Origin: Candidatus Latescibacterota bacterium
Lineage (GTDB): Bacteria; Latescibacterota; UBA2968; GCA-2709665
NCBI GenBank assembly: GCA_965226795.1
Contig: CBDDDZ010000005.1
Coordinates: forward strand, 96,001 to 160,000
Direction of reading: 5' to 3'
Length of the DNA stretch: 64,000 bases
Under the pieces are notes generated by a model that saw nothing but the letters and a program-made list of their open reading frames with translations, did no database searches and was not told the origin of the DNA. The position numbers and the translations under genes were made by a program. Shown piece by piece: positions 50,398 to 59,555 of this stretch (its first letter is position 1; every line of letters starts with the position of its first letter).

Positions 50398-50503
50398 GTG
50401 GGCAGACAGGGATGTCTGCCCCACCCTCATAACGGCTTCCTCATCGTCTCCACCTTGCCGCGACTCCCCCTGGCCGTCGTAGGGGCGTCCCTTGTGGGCG
50501 CCC
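50398..50503. repeat. Two REP-like palindromes
   Basis: GGGCAGACAGGGATGTCTGCCC and GTAGGGGCGTCCCTTGTGGGCGCCC. Confidence 0.65.
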
Positions 50504-50535
50504 GGTCTCCCGCGACGAAAATGATCGCGCAACTT

Positions 50536-51336
50536 GTCATTCTTAGCGACGTCAACGAGTCCCTTTCGAAGCGTGGTCATTGCCTGTGCTGAGCTTGTCG
50601 AAGCAAGCTTGTCGAAATGCCCGCGCTTCGGGACCCTTTGACAGTCCTGTGCCGACCCTTCGACAGGCTCAGGGAGCGGCACAGGATGCTCGCGCCCATC
50701 GGTGGATGTCGCCGGCTGAATAACGAGTGGAGGTGCTCCCTGCCGCGTTGGGAATTGTTGAGAGGACCTCACAGTTTCGGTTGCGGTTGAGCATAGCAGA
50801 GCCCCGCAAGGCTGATCTCATAGTCACAGCAATCAAAGTCGTACCCTGGGTCTTGATCAGATCTTAATCAAAGTCCATCACATTAATCACACAAATCACA
50901 GTATGATCGGCCTCCCTGTCATTCTGAGCGGAGTCGAAAATCGCGTACCGAAACGTGGTCATTGCCTGTGCTGAGCTTGCCTGCATTGAGCCTGTCGAAA
51001 TGTCGAAATGCCCGCGCTTCGGGACCCTTTGACAGTCCTGCGCCGACCCTTCGACAAGCTCAGGGAGCGGCACAGGATGTTCGCGCCCATCCGTGGATGC
51101 GGCCGGCTGAATAACGAGTGGAGGTGCTCCCTGCCGCGTTGGGAATTGTTGAGAGGACCTCACAGTTTCGGTTGCGGTTGAGCATAGCATAGCCCCGCAA
51201 GGCTGATCCCATAGTCACAGCAATCAAAGTCATACCCTGGGTCTTGATCAGATCTTAATCAAAGTCCATCACATTAATCATACGAATCACAGTATGATCG
51301 GCCTCCCTGTCATTCTGAGCGCAGTCGAAGAATCTC
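50536..51336. repeat. Non-coding tandem duplication, two units of about 385 bp
   Basis: Units 50536-50917 and 50918-51308 delimited by three GTCATTCT(T/G)AGCG motifs; about a dozen substitutions by eye plus a variable REP segment. Confidence 0.92.
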
Positions 51337-51429
51337 CCGCCCATTCGGTTGTAAGTGTGAAAGAAAACTTCGTTAACGAATGCGGGCGGACGCATCGGGG
51401 GTGTCACGTCGCCCGACTGTCCCTTGCAG

Positions 51430-51858
51430 CTATCCCCTCGCCTCCGAGAACTCAGTCAGCGCCGAGATGATTTGCGGTTTGACGATCTGGTTGTCAACAA
51501 AGCTCATATTGCAGTTCCACGTCACGTTTTTTCCGTTTTCGAGCATAAATTCGATCTTCATCAACAGAACGTGAATCTCTGTGATCGATGTCCAGGGGAT
51601 ATTTCGCGGTCTTAAGAGAGATTTGTCCAGCGTCAGATACGAACCGTCAAACGTGATGACATGTCTGTGTACGCGGGGCGTAAGACCAACGAAAAGCAGG
51701 GAAAACAAACCAAATGCTATCTGCACGACGCCGAAAATATCATCGCCCCTCTTGATGCTGAAGGCGCCATTGGCGATCTGGATCACACCAAAGATGCTCC
51801 AACCCACTAATAATAGACGGGAGAAAGAGGCAGATAGATTGAAACTTTGCGTTTCCAT
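51430..51858 (-). CDS. Small membrane protein (2 TM + PH-like domain), paralog B
   Basis: 142 aa; clear similarity to 47718..48173. Confidence 0.75.
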   Translation of the reverse strand: METQSFNLSASFSRLLLVGWSIFGVIQIANGAFSIKRGDDIFGVVQIAFGLFSLLFVGLTPRVHRHVITFDGSYLTLDKSLLRPRNIPWTSITEIHVLLMKIEFMLENGKNVTWNCNMSFVDNQIVKPQIISALTEFSEARG

Positions 51859-52126
51859 GGATGTGGCGTCCTGACAGAGGCGGGGGTTTAAGCGGGCTGC
51901 GAGTGGAACTACGAAGTAGAGAACACGCTTTTTGGCCTACGGAATGACGAATTCTGCCGGTGGGAAAGAGGAAATGTTTAATAGTTGCGGCACTAACGAT
52001 GGTCCTACAACGGGATATTGCTGCATGTAAGTAGTCGAGAGGAAACTAACCAGGGTCTAAATTTCGAGGATGATGGAGTCGACAACAAAACGGAAATTTT
52101 TATGGCTCCAAAGAAGACTTACGCAA

Positions 52127-52810
52127 TCATTCATCGTGCCACTTATACCAGCCATAACTTCCAAGCGTTTTATCACTGAATATGACGTCGAAAATCTCGC
52201 TGCAAACATGGTTCGGTATCTTGTCGATGCAATCTTTGCACTCCTGCCAGAATTCATACACCGTTTCCGGATGTAGGTGATCAGCAATTAGCATCGCAAA
52301 GAGGCCTGCGAAATTCACGAAAGCGGTAGGGATTTTCATCGCTTGGTGACGATTGGCCAATAGACATTTGTTGATGTCAGTTGGCTTAGCGAAGGTTTCA
52401 GGAAGACTTTCGATAGGGGAGTTTGACATCTGTGCATGGCATATTGGATGCCGGTCTTGAACATTTGAGTCGAAGTCGTAACGAATGGCCTCGCAGACCA
52501 CCGGCTTCTCGCCATTAAGTCGAAAATAATTAAGGTGGAGCGTGGATCGCTGGCACTTTTCACGTTCACATTCGATGGTCTCTTCGATTTCCGCGAGGAT
52601 ATCAATTTGTTTTCGAGAGCCACTTCGATAAGGCCATCCCTGGAAATGCAGTGGCTCTCGAAGACGAACGACGACATGCTCGTCGATTTCCTTCGCTGCG
52701 ACGACTATGCTGTTGTTGCTTGAAACTGTGTAGCCCTTTTTGCACAAAAATCCAGTTGTTTTCAACAAACACGCGGTGTAGTTTTGCTGAATTTCTCCAG
52801 GACTTGCCAA
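52127..52810 (-). CDS. Uncharacterised protein with RYDFD...HPxxHxQ motif (DUF2290-like), candidate effector
   Basis: 227-aa ORF 14 nt downstream of the receiver gene; AIRYDFDSNVQDRHPICHAQM...KIPTA. Confidence 0.6.
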   Translation of the reverse strand: MASPGEIQQNYTACLLKTTGFLCKKGYTVSSNNSIVVAAKEIDEHVVVRLREPLHFQGWPYRSGSRKQIDILAEIEETIECEREKCQRSTLHLNYFRLNGEKPVVCEAIRYDFDSNVQDRHPICHAQMSNSPIESLPETFAKPTDINKCLLANRHQAMKIPTAFVNFAGLFAMLIADHLHPETVYEFWQECKDCIDKIPNHVCSEIFDVIFSDKTLGSYGWYKWHDE

Positions 52811-52824
52811 AACGACCTCGCAAA

Positions 52825-53916
52825 TTATGTTCCTACAAGGGAAGTAATCTGTTCAAATGTACTCTTGCGTATCCTCGCGAGATCAGCTCCTGCCGGAAAC
52901 CAATTTATGTTGCCTTTAGAATTCGACAGGCTGACTGGTTGTTGCGTAATCATACAATAGTATCCGGCACGGAGTCCCGTATCCTTATCTAGGCAAGCGT
53001 TTACATCGATGCCGCTCGAACGTAGAAATTCTCTTCCATCGGAAGCGCCGGAGTCTGCAAGCAAGTAGTCAAGTCCGTCCCGCCACCACCACTGCCCGAG
53101 ACTGGCAAACGGACCGCTATAGATTGCTTCATCAAATGGCTCTTGCACATCTCTTCGACTAAACTCACTTTGGTCAATGTTTAAGTAACTCGCGCACGCG
53201 ATGTTATTCACCATTAAACCCGGGAACCGAAGAAGTGAAAGGTATAACCAGGATCCAAGCACGCGGGGTATTCGCTGCGTGATTGCGTTTTGATTGTCCT
53301 GTCCATTGGAGACAATAAAGGTGAAAATCTCAGACATCACACTGCGATCACCGGAACCATATAATGCGATTCTATTGGCGGCGGATTCTCGTCCCGTTAT
53401 GGCTGCCAATGCGACTGAAGGATCTAGATTATTCATCGCGCGATTAACATACTCGTATTGAATGGTCTCAAATCCCTGCAACAAAATCGCCATTTCTTTG
53501 GTCCATTCTTGGCTCCCAGATCCAGTTAATGTGACATCTTCCGAATCCCAGCGCTGGAGCGCTACGTACCTATCTAACTCTCTGCCTTTCGGTCGTCGTG
53601 AATATTGACAAAACGGTAATCCAAGGTTTCGCGCGGCAATAGAAATCGCATGTGCCGAAAGACCGGGATAATTTTTGTACAATCCCAATTCCTTGTCACA
53701 GGCAATCAAACCAATTGGCGCAATGCTGTTATTCTTGCATAATTTTCTTTCGATATCCCGTTCGTAGGGCTCGCCTTTTACCTCCGGTGCGCTGCGGGGA
53801 TTAAAGGAGGCGATTTCGGCTTCTTCACCTAGATGTAGTTTAAGGTAATCTTCGATTTCCTTTCTGTAATGCTCGTCATCCTCAAACAAAAAAACCCTAG
53901 ACATTGTTCTACTCAC
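52825..53916 (-). CDS. Response-regulator receiver domain protein with an unknown C-terminal domain
   Basis: RVFLFEDD acidic pocket, GLIACDKEL putative phospho-Asp, PFCQYS; C-terminal GQWWWR and GYYCMITQQPV; overlaps the kinase stop. Confidence 0.7.
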   Translation of the reverse strand: MSRTMSRVFLFEDDEHYRKEIEDYLKLHLGEEAEIASFNPRSAPEVKGEPYERDIERKLCKNNSIAPIGLIACDKELGLYKNYPGLSAHAISIAARNLGLPFCQYSRRPKGRELDRYVALQRWDSEDVTLTGSGSQEWTKEMAILLQGFETIQYEYVNRAMNNLDPSVALAAITGRESAANRIALYGSGDRSVMSEIFTFIVSNGQDNQNAITQRIPRVLGSWLYLSLLRFPGLMVNNIACASYLNIDQSEFSRRDVQEPFDEAIYSGPFASLGQWWWRDGLDYLLADSGASDGREFLRSSGIDVNACLDKDTGLRAGYYCMITQQPVSLSNSKGNINWFPAGADLARIRKSTFEQITSLVGT

Positions 53917-56132
53917 TTTGCTGATAGTGGATACGTAACACGAAAACAGGTGTTGAAACTGGGAGATGGATCCACGATTAGGACTTTTCCATTTACTTCA
54001 GAAACGAGCCGCTTTACAAGCGCTAAGCCCAATCCCATACCTGATCCTAGTGGATTGTAGTCCGACGCCGATGTCGTTGTAAAGAGCGGATCCCATATCC
54101 GGTCTTGTATGGTTGGGGGGATTCCAATTCCGCTGTCAGCAACTTCAAAGAAATGCGTACCTTTCTCATTCCAACTCTTGATGCCAACACAGCGTTTACG
54201 TGAGGCTAATTCTCCCCCCAACACAGCCTTGAGCGCGTTCGAGACAAGATTCATAACGACCCCGTTGTAGAGGGCTTTGGGGACTGGAGGCGCGCAAACA
54301 TCCGGCTCGATTTGCAGTTCAATCTCTATACCCCGTTTTTGAATGAAAGACCTAAATTGAGCGAGGACTAACTCTGCGGCACCAAGAGCCTTGTATTCTC
54401 CAGGGTTCCGTTCTGAATCATGAACCGCAGTAATAAAGGCCATTGAGTAGTCGAGTTGCCCAGCTATTGTTTCGAGTGAACACTCGATTGTTTCCCTGAT
54501 TCCTCTAATAGAAGTATCAAATTGCTCAATCATTTCCACCTTCCGAAGTAGCTCTTCGAGGCTGTGCAAGATACGCTGCATCTCATGTGTAACGAACCCT
54601 GCCATAACACCAAGCAGTCCCATCAACTCAAGCTTCGCAGTGCCGACACGATAATACTCTTTCGTGTCATCGAGTTCCACGGACAACTGTTGGAAATGCT
54701 GCACAACCGACGAGCGATTGTTCTCTGAAAGTCCCGGAACGGACTCAAGAAACTTTACGGCTGATTGTAAATCCTTCCTGAGAGCAGCGGTCTGGTCCAG
54801 TCGTGTTTTTTCTTCCTGCCGGCGTTGCTCTCGATGGTCAACGTATGCGAGCATCTCCAGAGCTGTGCGAATCAGATTTCGCAGTTCGGCGAAAGCCGCA
54901 TTTTCGACAAAACCTTTTCTATCCATTGAAGGGGTTAGGTCGTCCGAGCCATTTACCCCATCCGCCGATGCCGACTCCACGAACACAGCTCCTACAAGCT
55001 GGTGAAAGCTGGGAAGATATAGCATGGGGTTCAGTTTGGAATCTGAAGATGCTCCACGCGGCATACCAAAGAGTTGATCCACTATCTCGCTACGCCACTC
55101 CCGCCGTCGATGGCCCGCATCGTAACTCAGTTGCAGCCAGTCATTTTCTCCATAACCATAGGGCTGGACGCGAAACCCATGATCGACGATTCCAATGCCG
55201 TTATTCCTATTGTCGCGAATCCATCCCCACGCTTTCCGCCCGTCAATCTTGGTTCCGACAAACATCCCTTGTCGTCTAGGGAAATATCGGATGTCTGCAA
55301 AGAATCCCCTGCAGATCTTCGAGATACCTTCGATTTTTCGATTCAATAATACCTTCCCACGCTTATCGGTAATGACAAATCGTGTAAACTCCTGCCTGCG
55401 AGTTACGGTTACGCGCGCGAATGCGTTATCTAGAATTTCACGACCAAGCTCAATCTCTTTCGACGAATCGTCATCAGGCAATACAATTCTAAATCCGGGA
55501 TCGTCGCCTGAACGTCCGCGCCGAGTAAAGCCGCCATTTTCCAATCCCGAGTAGGGATGTATAATTGACAGGAGTCCTGTTCGTAACTCTTTAGATATCT
55601 GAATCAACTCTGGATTTCTCAACCTACGCATAGTCAGCTTGGTACCAGTCGGGGCATTCTGGCCAACACTATTAACTTGATAGGGGATTCTTGCAGATCG
55701 AAGTTCTTGATGGTCGTCAATCCAGGGCCAATCAAAAGTCGCCGCGAGTTTCTGTTTTTCCCCTGGCTCCACTAACGCAATTGTCTCTATGGTAAGCTCA
55801 CGCCCAAGGAAACGTACCGCGAACCTACCGATGCCCTTCGAACCGGTCATGCGCCTTTGAAAAAACTTCGACAACCTGTTTAGCTGCTTGTCTGGCGTCG
55901 CGATTCCCATCCACTTCTCAAGGAACTCCGATTCTGACATACCGTGGCCCGTGTCTTTGACGATCAGTGAATCGTTCGTAAGTAAGACGTTACACTGGTT
56001 AGCATCGGCGTCGTATGCGTTCTTGATTAGTTCTGTCAACGCAACATCTGCTCTTGCGACTAACCGCTCACCAAGTTCCTGCAAGAGCCGTCCGTGGGTT
56101 TGAAAAGAAGCGGTTTTTGTATTTGCATTCAT
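53913..56132 (-). CDS. GHKL/MORC-type ATPase fused to a sensor histidine kinase
   Basis: N-terminal ELIKNAYDADA, DTGHGM, GSKGIGRFA; S5-like GFRVQPYG; H-box FVTHEM; C-terminal NLVSNALKA, DSGIGI, PLFTT, GMGLGL; no transmembrane segment. Confidence 0.88.
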   Translation of the reverse strand: MNANTKTASFQTHGRLLQELGERLVARADVALTELIKNAYDADANQCNVLLTNDSLIVKDTGHGMSESEFLEKWMGIATPDKQLNRLSKFFQRRMTGSKGIGRFAVRFLGRELTIETIALVEPGEKQKLAATFDWPWIDDHQELRSARIPYQVNSVGQNAPTGTKLTMRRLRNPELIQISKELRTGLLSIIHPYSGLENGGFTRRGRSGDDPGFRIVLPDDDSSKEIELGREILDNAFARVTVTRRQEFTRFVITDKRGKVLLNRKIEGISKICRGFFADIRYFPRRQGMFVGTKIDGRKAWGWIRDNRNNGIGIVDHGFRVQPYGYGENDWLQLSYDAGHRRREWRSEIVDQLFGMPRGASSDSKLNPMLYLPSFHQLVGAVFVESASADGVNGSDDLTPSMDRKGFVENAAFAELRNLIRTALEMLAYVDHREQRRQEEKTRLDQTAALRKDLQSAVKFLESVPGLSENNRSSVVQHFQQLSVELDDTKEYYRVGTAKLELMGLLGVMAGFVTHEMQRILHSLEELLRKVEMIEQFDTSIRGIRETIECSLETIAGQLDYSMAFITAVHDSERNPGEYKALGAAELVLAQFRSFIQKRGIEIELQIEPDVCAPPVPKALYNGVVMNLVSNALKAVLGGELASRKRCVGIKSWNEKGTHFFEVADSGIGIPPTIQDRIWDPLFTTTSASDYNPLGSGMGLGLALVKRLVSEVNGKVLIVDPSPSFNTCFRVTYPLSAK

Positions 56133-57547
56133 TGTCTTAACATTTGTCCGACACTAAACTCATTAAGGATGGTGTTGAGTTGGCGAATTTCAAGCTTCCG
56201 GAGTTTCCCAGAATGAGCTACGACTCTTGTCGATACTTTTGACCTCGAAAGGAAATCTTGTAGTGCTTCCCTCATCTCGAAAGGGACGTTGTATACACCG
56301 TGTACTGCCCCGACAGCATATGCTCCGACCGAATTTGCGAGCGATTTAGGTGCGGATCCAACAAAACCGGAACTTACGAAGAGATCAGGTGAGTCGAATA
56401 GCCGGTAGCGATACCAAGGTGTTCTGCTAAGACAGGTGCTAGTCGAACGAAGCACTACCGGTATTCCTTCGAGGTAGGACTCTAGTCGATCGGAAAGGTA
56501 TTTCCTGTCACTGCGAACCAACCAGCACTTTAGGCCTTTGTCCACGAACTGGGTCTGGAACGCTTTTGGAGTTAGATTCGATAGATCTTCCGGTATTTCA
56601 CGTAATGATGTTACACACGGAGACACATCTTCTGGCGAGAGTCCAGCATCGGTGCGTTCGGTTTCAGACAATGTAAACACTTTTTGACTTCCGGGACTCA
56701 TTCCGCGCATTGACCAAATCTCACCTCGGCCAGAATAATCAAGTAGGGGGTCACTTGAACCAGTAATTCCTGGTAGAGCCGTAACGACACCGCCGCGGTC
56801 GATACCGAAGAAATTCCATCGACCACTCGACTTTTGTTTGTCAATAATTGATATCGACGCGGTTGTGTCCACTGAACTAAAGATAGGTTCTGAAAATCGA
56901 TAAGCATCGACCTGCCACCCGTGTTTGTTTATGTAATTCCGCAAGGGTAAGGCAGCCGGTCTAGCTACCCATTCGTACGGAACGATCATGGCAACTAGAC
57001 CCTTTGGACAACTCTTAAAGAGTGCAAGAAACAAGAAATAAACGTATAGATTACATGTTTGATTTACGCTATAACCGGTGGATTTGCAAATGCGTTTGGC
57101 AATCTCGTCACGCCAACATGGCTCAATGTCATGGTGCCGAGCGTATGGTGGGTTGCCCACGCAAGCATCATACCCCTCATTCTCGTGCTGGAACACGCAT
57201 TCATAGGAAATCTTCGCCGATTTTGGAAGGCCGGTAGTCGGTTTTCTATCCGTATCAAGTTCGACTCCGACGTATTCCCTAAATCGTCCTCCCCCAAGCG
57301 CAAATCGACCGTCTCCGGCACCTAGATCCAGTACACTGGAAAAATGTCGGCGATACCGGTGAACGATATTCCAGAATAGCGATACGATTTCCACTGGGGT
57401 ATCGACCTGCGACCGGTGCAACTCGTATGAATTTTCCCGTGACGTCATTGCAGTACGTAAATTTGCTGGGTTATTGGAGATGTTGTCGAGTACTTCGGAT
57501 AGAGATGCATATGCATTGAAAATGGGCTGTCGTCTCAATCTCTCCAT
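56129..57547 (-). CDS. N6-adenine DNA methyltransferase (gamma class, Eco57I/TaqI-like core)
   Basis: QVDTP, motif I VLDLGAGDGRF, motif IV GNPPY, NLYVYF, IVPYEW; ATGA overlap with the kinase. Confidence 0.82.
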   Translation of the reverse strand: MERLRRQPIFNAYASLSEVLDNISNNPANLRTAMTSRENSYELHRSQVDTPVEIVSLFWNIVHRYRRHFSSVLDLGAGDGRFALGGGRFREYVGVELDTDRKPTTGLPKSAKISYECVFQHENEGYDACVGNPPYARHHDIEPCWRDEIAKRICKSTGYSVNQTCNLYVYFLFLALFKSCPKGLVAMIVPYEWVARPAALPLRNYINKHGWQVDAYRFSEPIFSSVDTTASISIIDKQKSSGRWNFFGIDRGGVVTALPGITGSSDPLLDYSGRGEIWSMRGMSPGSQKVFTLSETERTDAGLSPEDVSPCVTSLREIPEDLSNLTPKAFQTQFVDKGLKCWLVRSDRKYLSDRLESYLEGIPVVLRSTSTCLSRTPWYRYRLFDSPDLFVSSGFVGSAPKSLANSVGAYAVGAVHGVYNVPFEMREALQDFLSRSKVSTRVVAHSGKLRKLEIRQLNTILNEFSVGQMLRQ

Positions 57548-57795
57548 CGTTAACTATTGTCATTGGATGAGGATTACGTCTATCACGCGGTCTCTACCGA
57601 CGTTAGATGCCCATTATTTGTACAACTTTAAAAATAACAATAATATAGGTGATTTACGCCAAGGCACAGTCCAAATCGATCCATTGACCCGAAATACTCC
57701 GATCCAGAGAAACTCGATTTGGTACTGGATATGGCCAATCTACATTAAATCGTCCTTGGGATCAACTCGACCCTGATCCGATTGGTCGGGATTCA

Positions 57796-58746
57796 TTAGT
57801 CATCCTTGCTCGTAATGTGAGCGCACAAACCGCACATGGGTGAATGATCTAGTTCTTCGGGCGGGATTTCCGAGCCGCATCGCCAGCACGTGTGGTTTGC
57901 TTGCGCTTCACAGTAGGCGCAACGGTCTTCAGAAATTACATATGCATCCAATGAACATTCTGGGCACGAGACACGCGGAACCATATCTCCGTCTGTCATC
58001 GAGAGATATTGCTCCCAACTGAGCCCCTCCGTTATAGCTCTGGGGATAAATTGTTCGCTTGCTTCGTCGTTTCCACACGCGCGGCATTTCAATGACACAA
58101 CATTGTGTGGAGATTGCGGCGGCGCTGCGATTAACAGTTCAGACCCACATTCTTTACAGCACAAAGTGGCTACGGAATCACAGAGTACTTGAGAACCCCA
58201 ATCAATCGAGTCTATCGCTACTTCGCACTCTCTCCGTTCTGCCTCATAAACCTCAGTGGTCCGCAGCATTTCGTCCCAAATCGCCGTACCAAGTAGCAGA
58301 ATCGGATCTTCGTGTAATTCCGTCTCAATGAATTCCTTGAGTATCACGAAGGTGTTTGCGATTACGCTCCTAAGGGCCACTGCGTTAATTCTTGGATAGT
58401 AATGTTCGACATCATTGCGGACCCTTTGGATTGATTCGAACTTGCGCCAGTCCGTTTCGATACCCAAAGTTGCAAACCGTTCCCTTATCTGCCGGATGTC
58501 AACAGTTTTTTTGCCTTTTCCTATCGTTACGATTTTTCCTGATGGATCCTTGCGAAATTCCACTTGTGCCTTGATCAGCACCTCGTTCGATCCATGAGGC
58601 GACCGGCGTCTCAAACCTTCCTTGTACATGAGAAGCAATCCTGCAAAAACATTACGGACGGAAGCTAGCAGCCTGGGACGGCTCCCGATATTGTAGTCCT
58701 CGACTCCAACCTGAATCGCTTCAGTTGCATTTTTTAACAAGTTCAT
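57796..58746 (-). CDS. HEPN-like domain + C-terminal Zn-ribbon protein
   Basis: RNDVEH (RxxxxH) in a helical N-terminal domain; six CxxC pairs in the C-terminal half; likely ATG at 58746. Confidence 0.6.
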   Translation of the reverse strand: MNLLKNATEAIQVGVEDYNIGSRPRLLASVRNVFAGLLLMYKEGLRRRSPHGSNEVLIKAQVEFRKDPSGKIVTIGKGKKTVDIRQIRERFATLGIETDWRKFESIQRVRNDVEHYYPRINAVALRSVIANTFVILKEFIETELHEDPILLLGTAIWDEMLRTTEVYEAERRECEVAIDSIDWGSQVLCDSVATLCCKECGSELLIAAPPQSPHNVVSLKCRACGNDEASEQFIPRAITEGLSWEQYLSMTDGDMVPRVSCPECSLDAYVISEDRCAYCEAQANHTCWRCGSEIPPEELDHSPMCGLCAHITSKDD

Positions 58747-59208
58747 GGTCGTATTGGCAGGTCTCATTTTCTGGATCTGGAAGGTCCCGTTAGACAATTG
58801 GGGGGTGGGGTGGCATCTTTCTGCAATGGGTTTTCAGGAGATAACAACTAAGCGACCAGATTGATTGGTCTTATGTTGACCTGGTACCCCTGTATGATAG
58901 CATGGCAGTCCGATCTGCCGGTAACGAATTACACATTCACGCACTTGAAAACACTCAATTCCCTGCCGATTTAGCACGCTTTAGTACCAGAGAAATCTGT
59001 CACATCCTTCTTTAAATGCTTCTACGTGTACGGATTCGTCGAACAGACCTTAGCCATTCATTGCTTTTCCTTCAGCTAACGCCATTTATCGAACTCATCT
59101 TCAACGCCCCAGCTCTTTGAAAACGTCCACAACACCTCATCTTGGTGTTTTGCCTATTTCAAAGTGAGACAATCGGCGTGTTTTTGGAAGCTTCGAGTTT
59201 TTGACGAG

Positions 59209-59535
59209 TTAGTAAGAACGCGGAAGCGTCATTTTTTTCAAAGTCCCAGTTGCAGGCGCTCGAATTTTTCCTGTGGTCCAACAAAACGAGATTGGCCGCA
59301 CGGTGAAGCCACACATCTCGCCGTCCGGTGCCGTTTCGAGAATCGTGGTTGGGAGCGCCGTCCTGTAGCGGAAGCTATAGATCAGATCGCCAAGATTCTT
59401 AGGCAGATCAATGTTGAGTTCAGAGGCGAACGTGACGATATCCCCCCGTTCAAAATCAACTTGACGTTGTCCCTTCCGAAACCTGGCGTGGAAAATTGCC
59501 TCTATGATGGCTGAGTAGCGATTTGTGGCAGAAAT
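59209..59535 (-). pseudogene. Truncated putative endonuclease partner of the adjacent MTase
   Basis: Manual translation behind GGAGAGGAG: (ATT)SATNRYSAIIEAIFHARFRKGQRQVDFERGDIVTFASELNIDLPKNLGDLIYSFRYRTALP..., a pattern I recall from MTase-linked endonucleases; similarity appears to stop near 59310; missing from the ORF track. Confidence 0.6.
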
Positions 59536-59555
59536 ACGTTACTCCTCTCCAGTGT

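Noticed and set aside
50389..51190. ORFs 50389..50772 and 50864..51190 as duplicated genes
   Set aside because: They are translations of the REP-rich repeat, with different starts and ends and no protein-like features.
50536..51336. CRISPR array
   Set aside because: Two long near-identical units rather than short repeats with unique spacers; no cas genes.
59164..59514. 116-aa plus-strand ORF
   Set aside because: Antisense to the endonuclease remnant, which has a Shine-Dalgarno and operon context.
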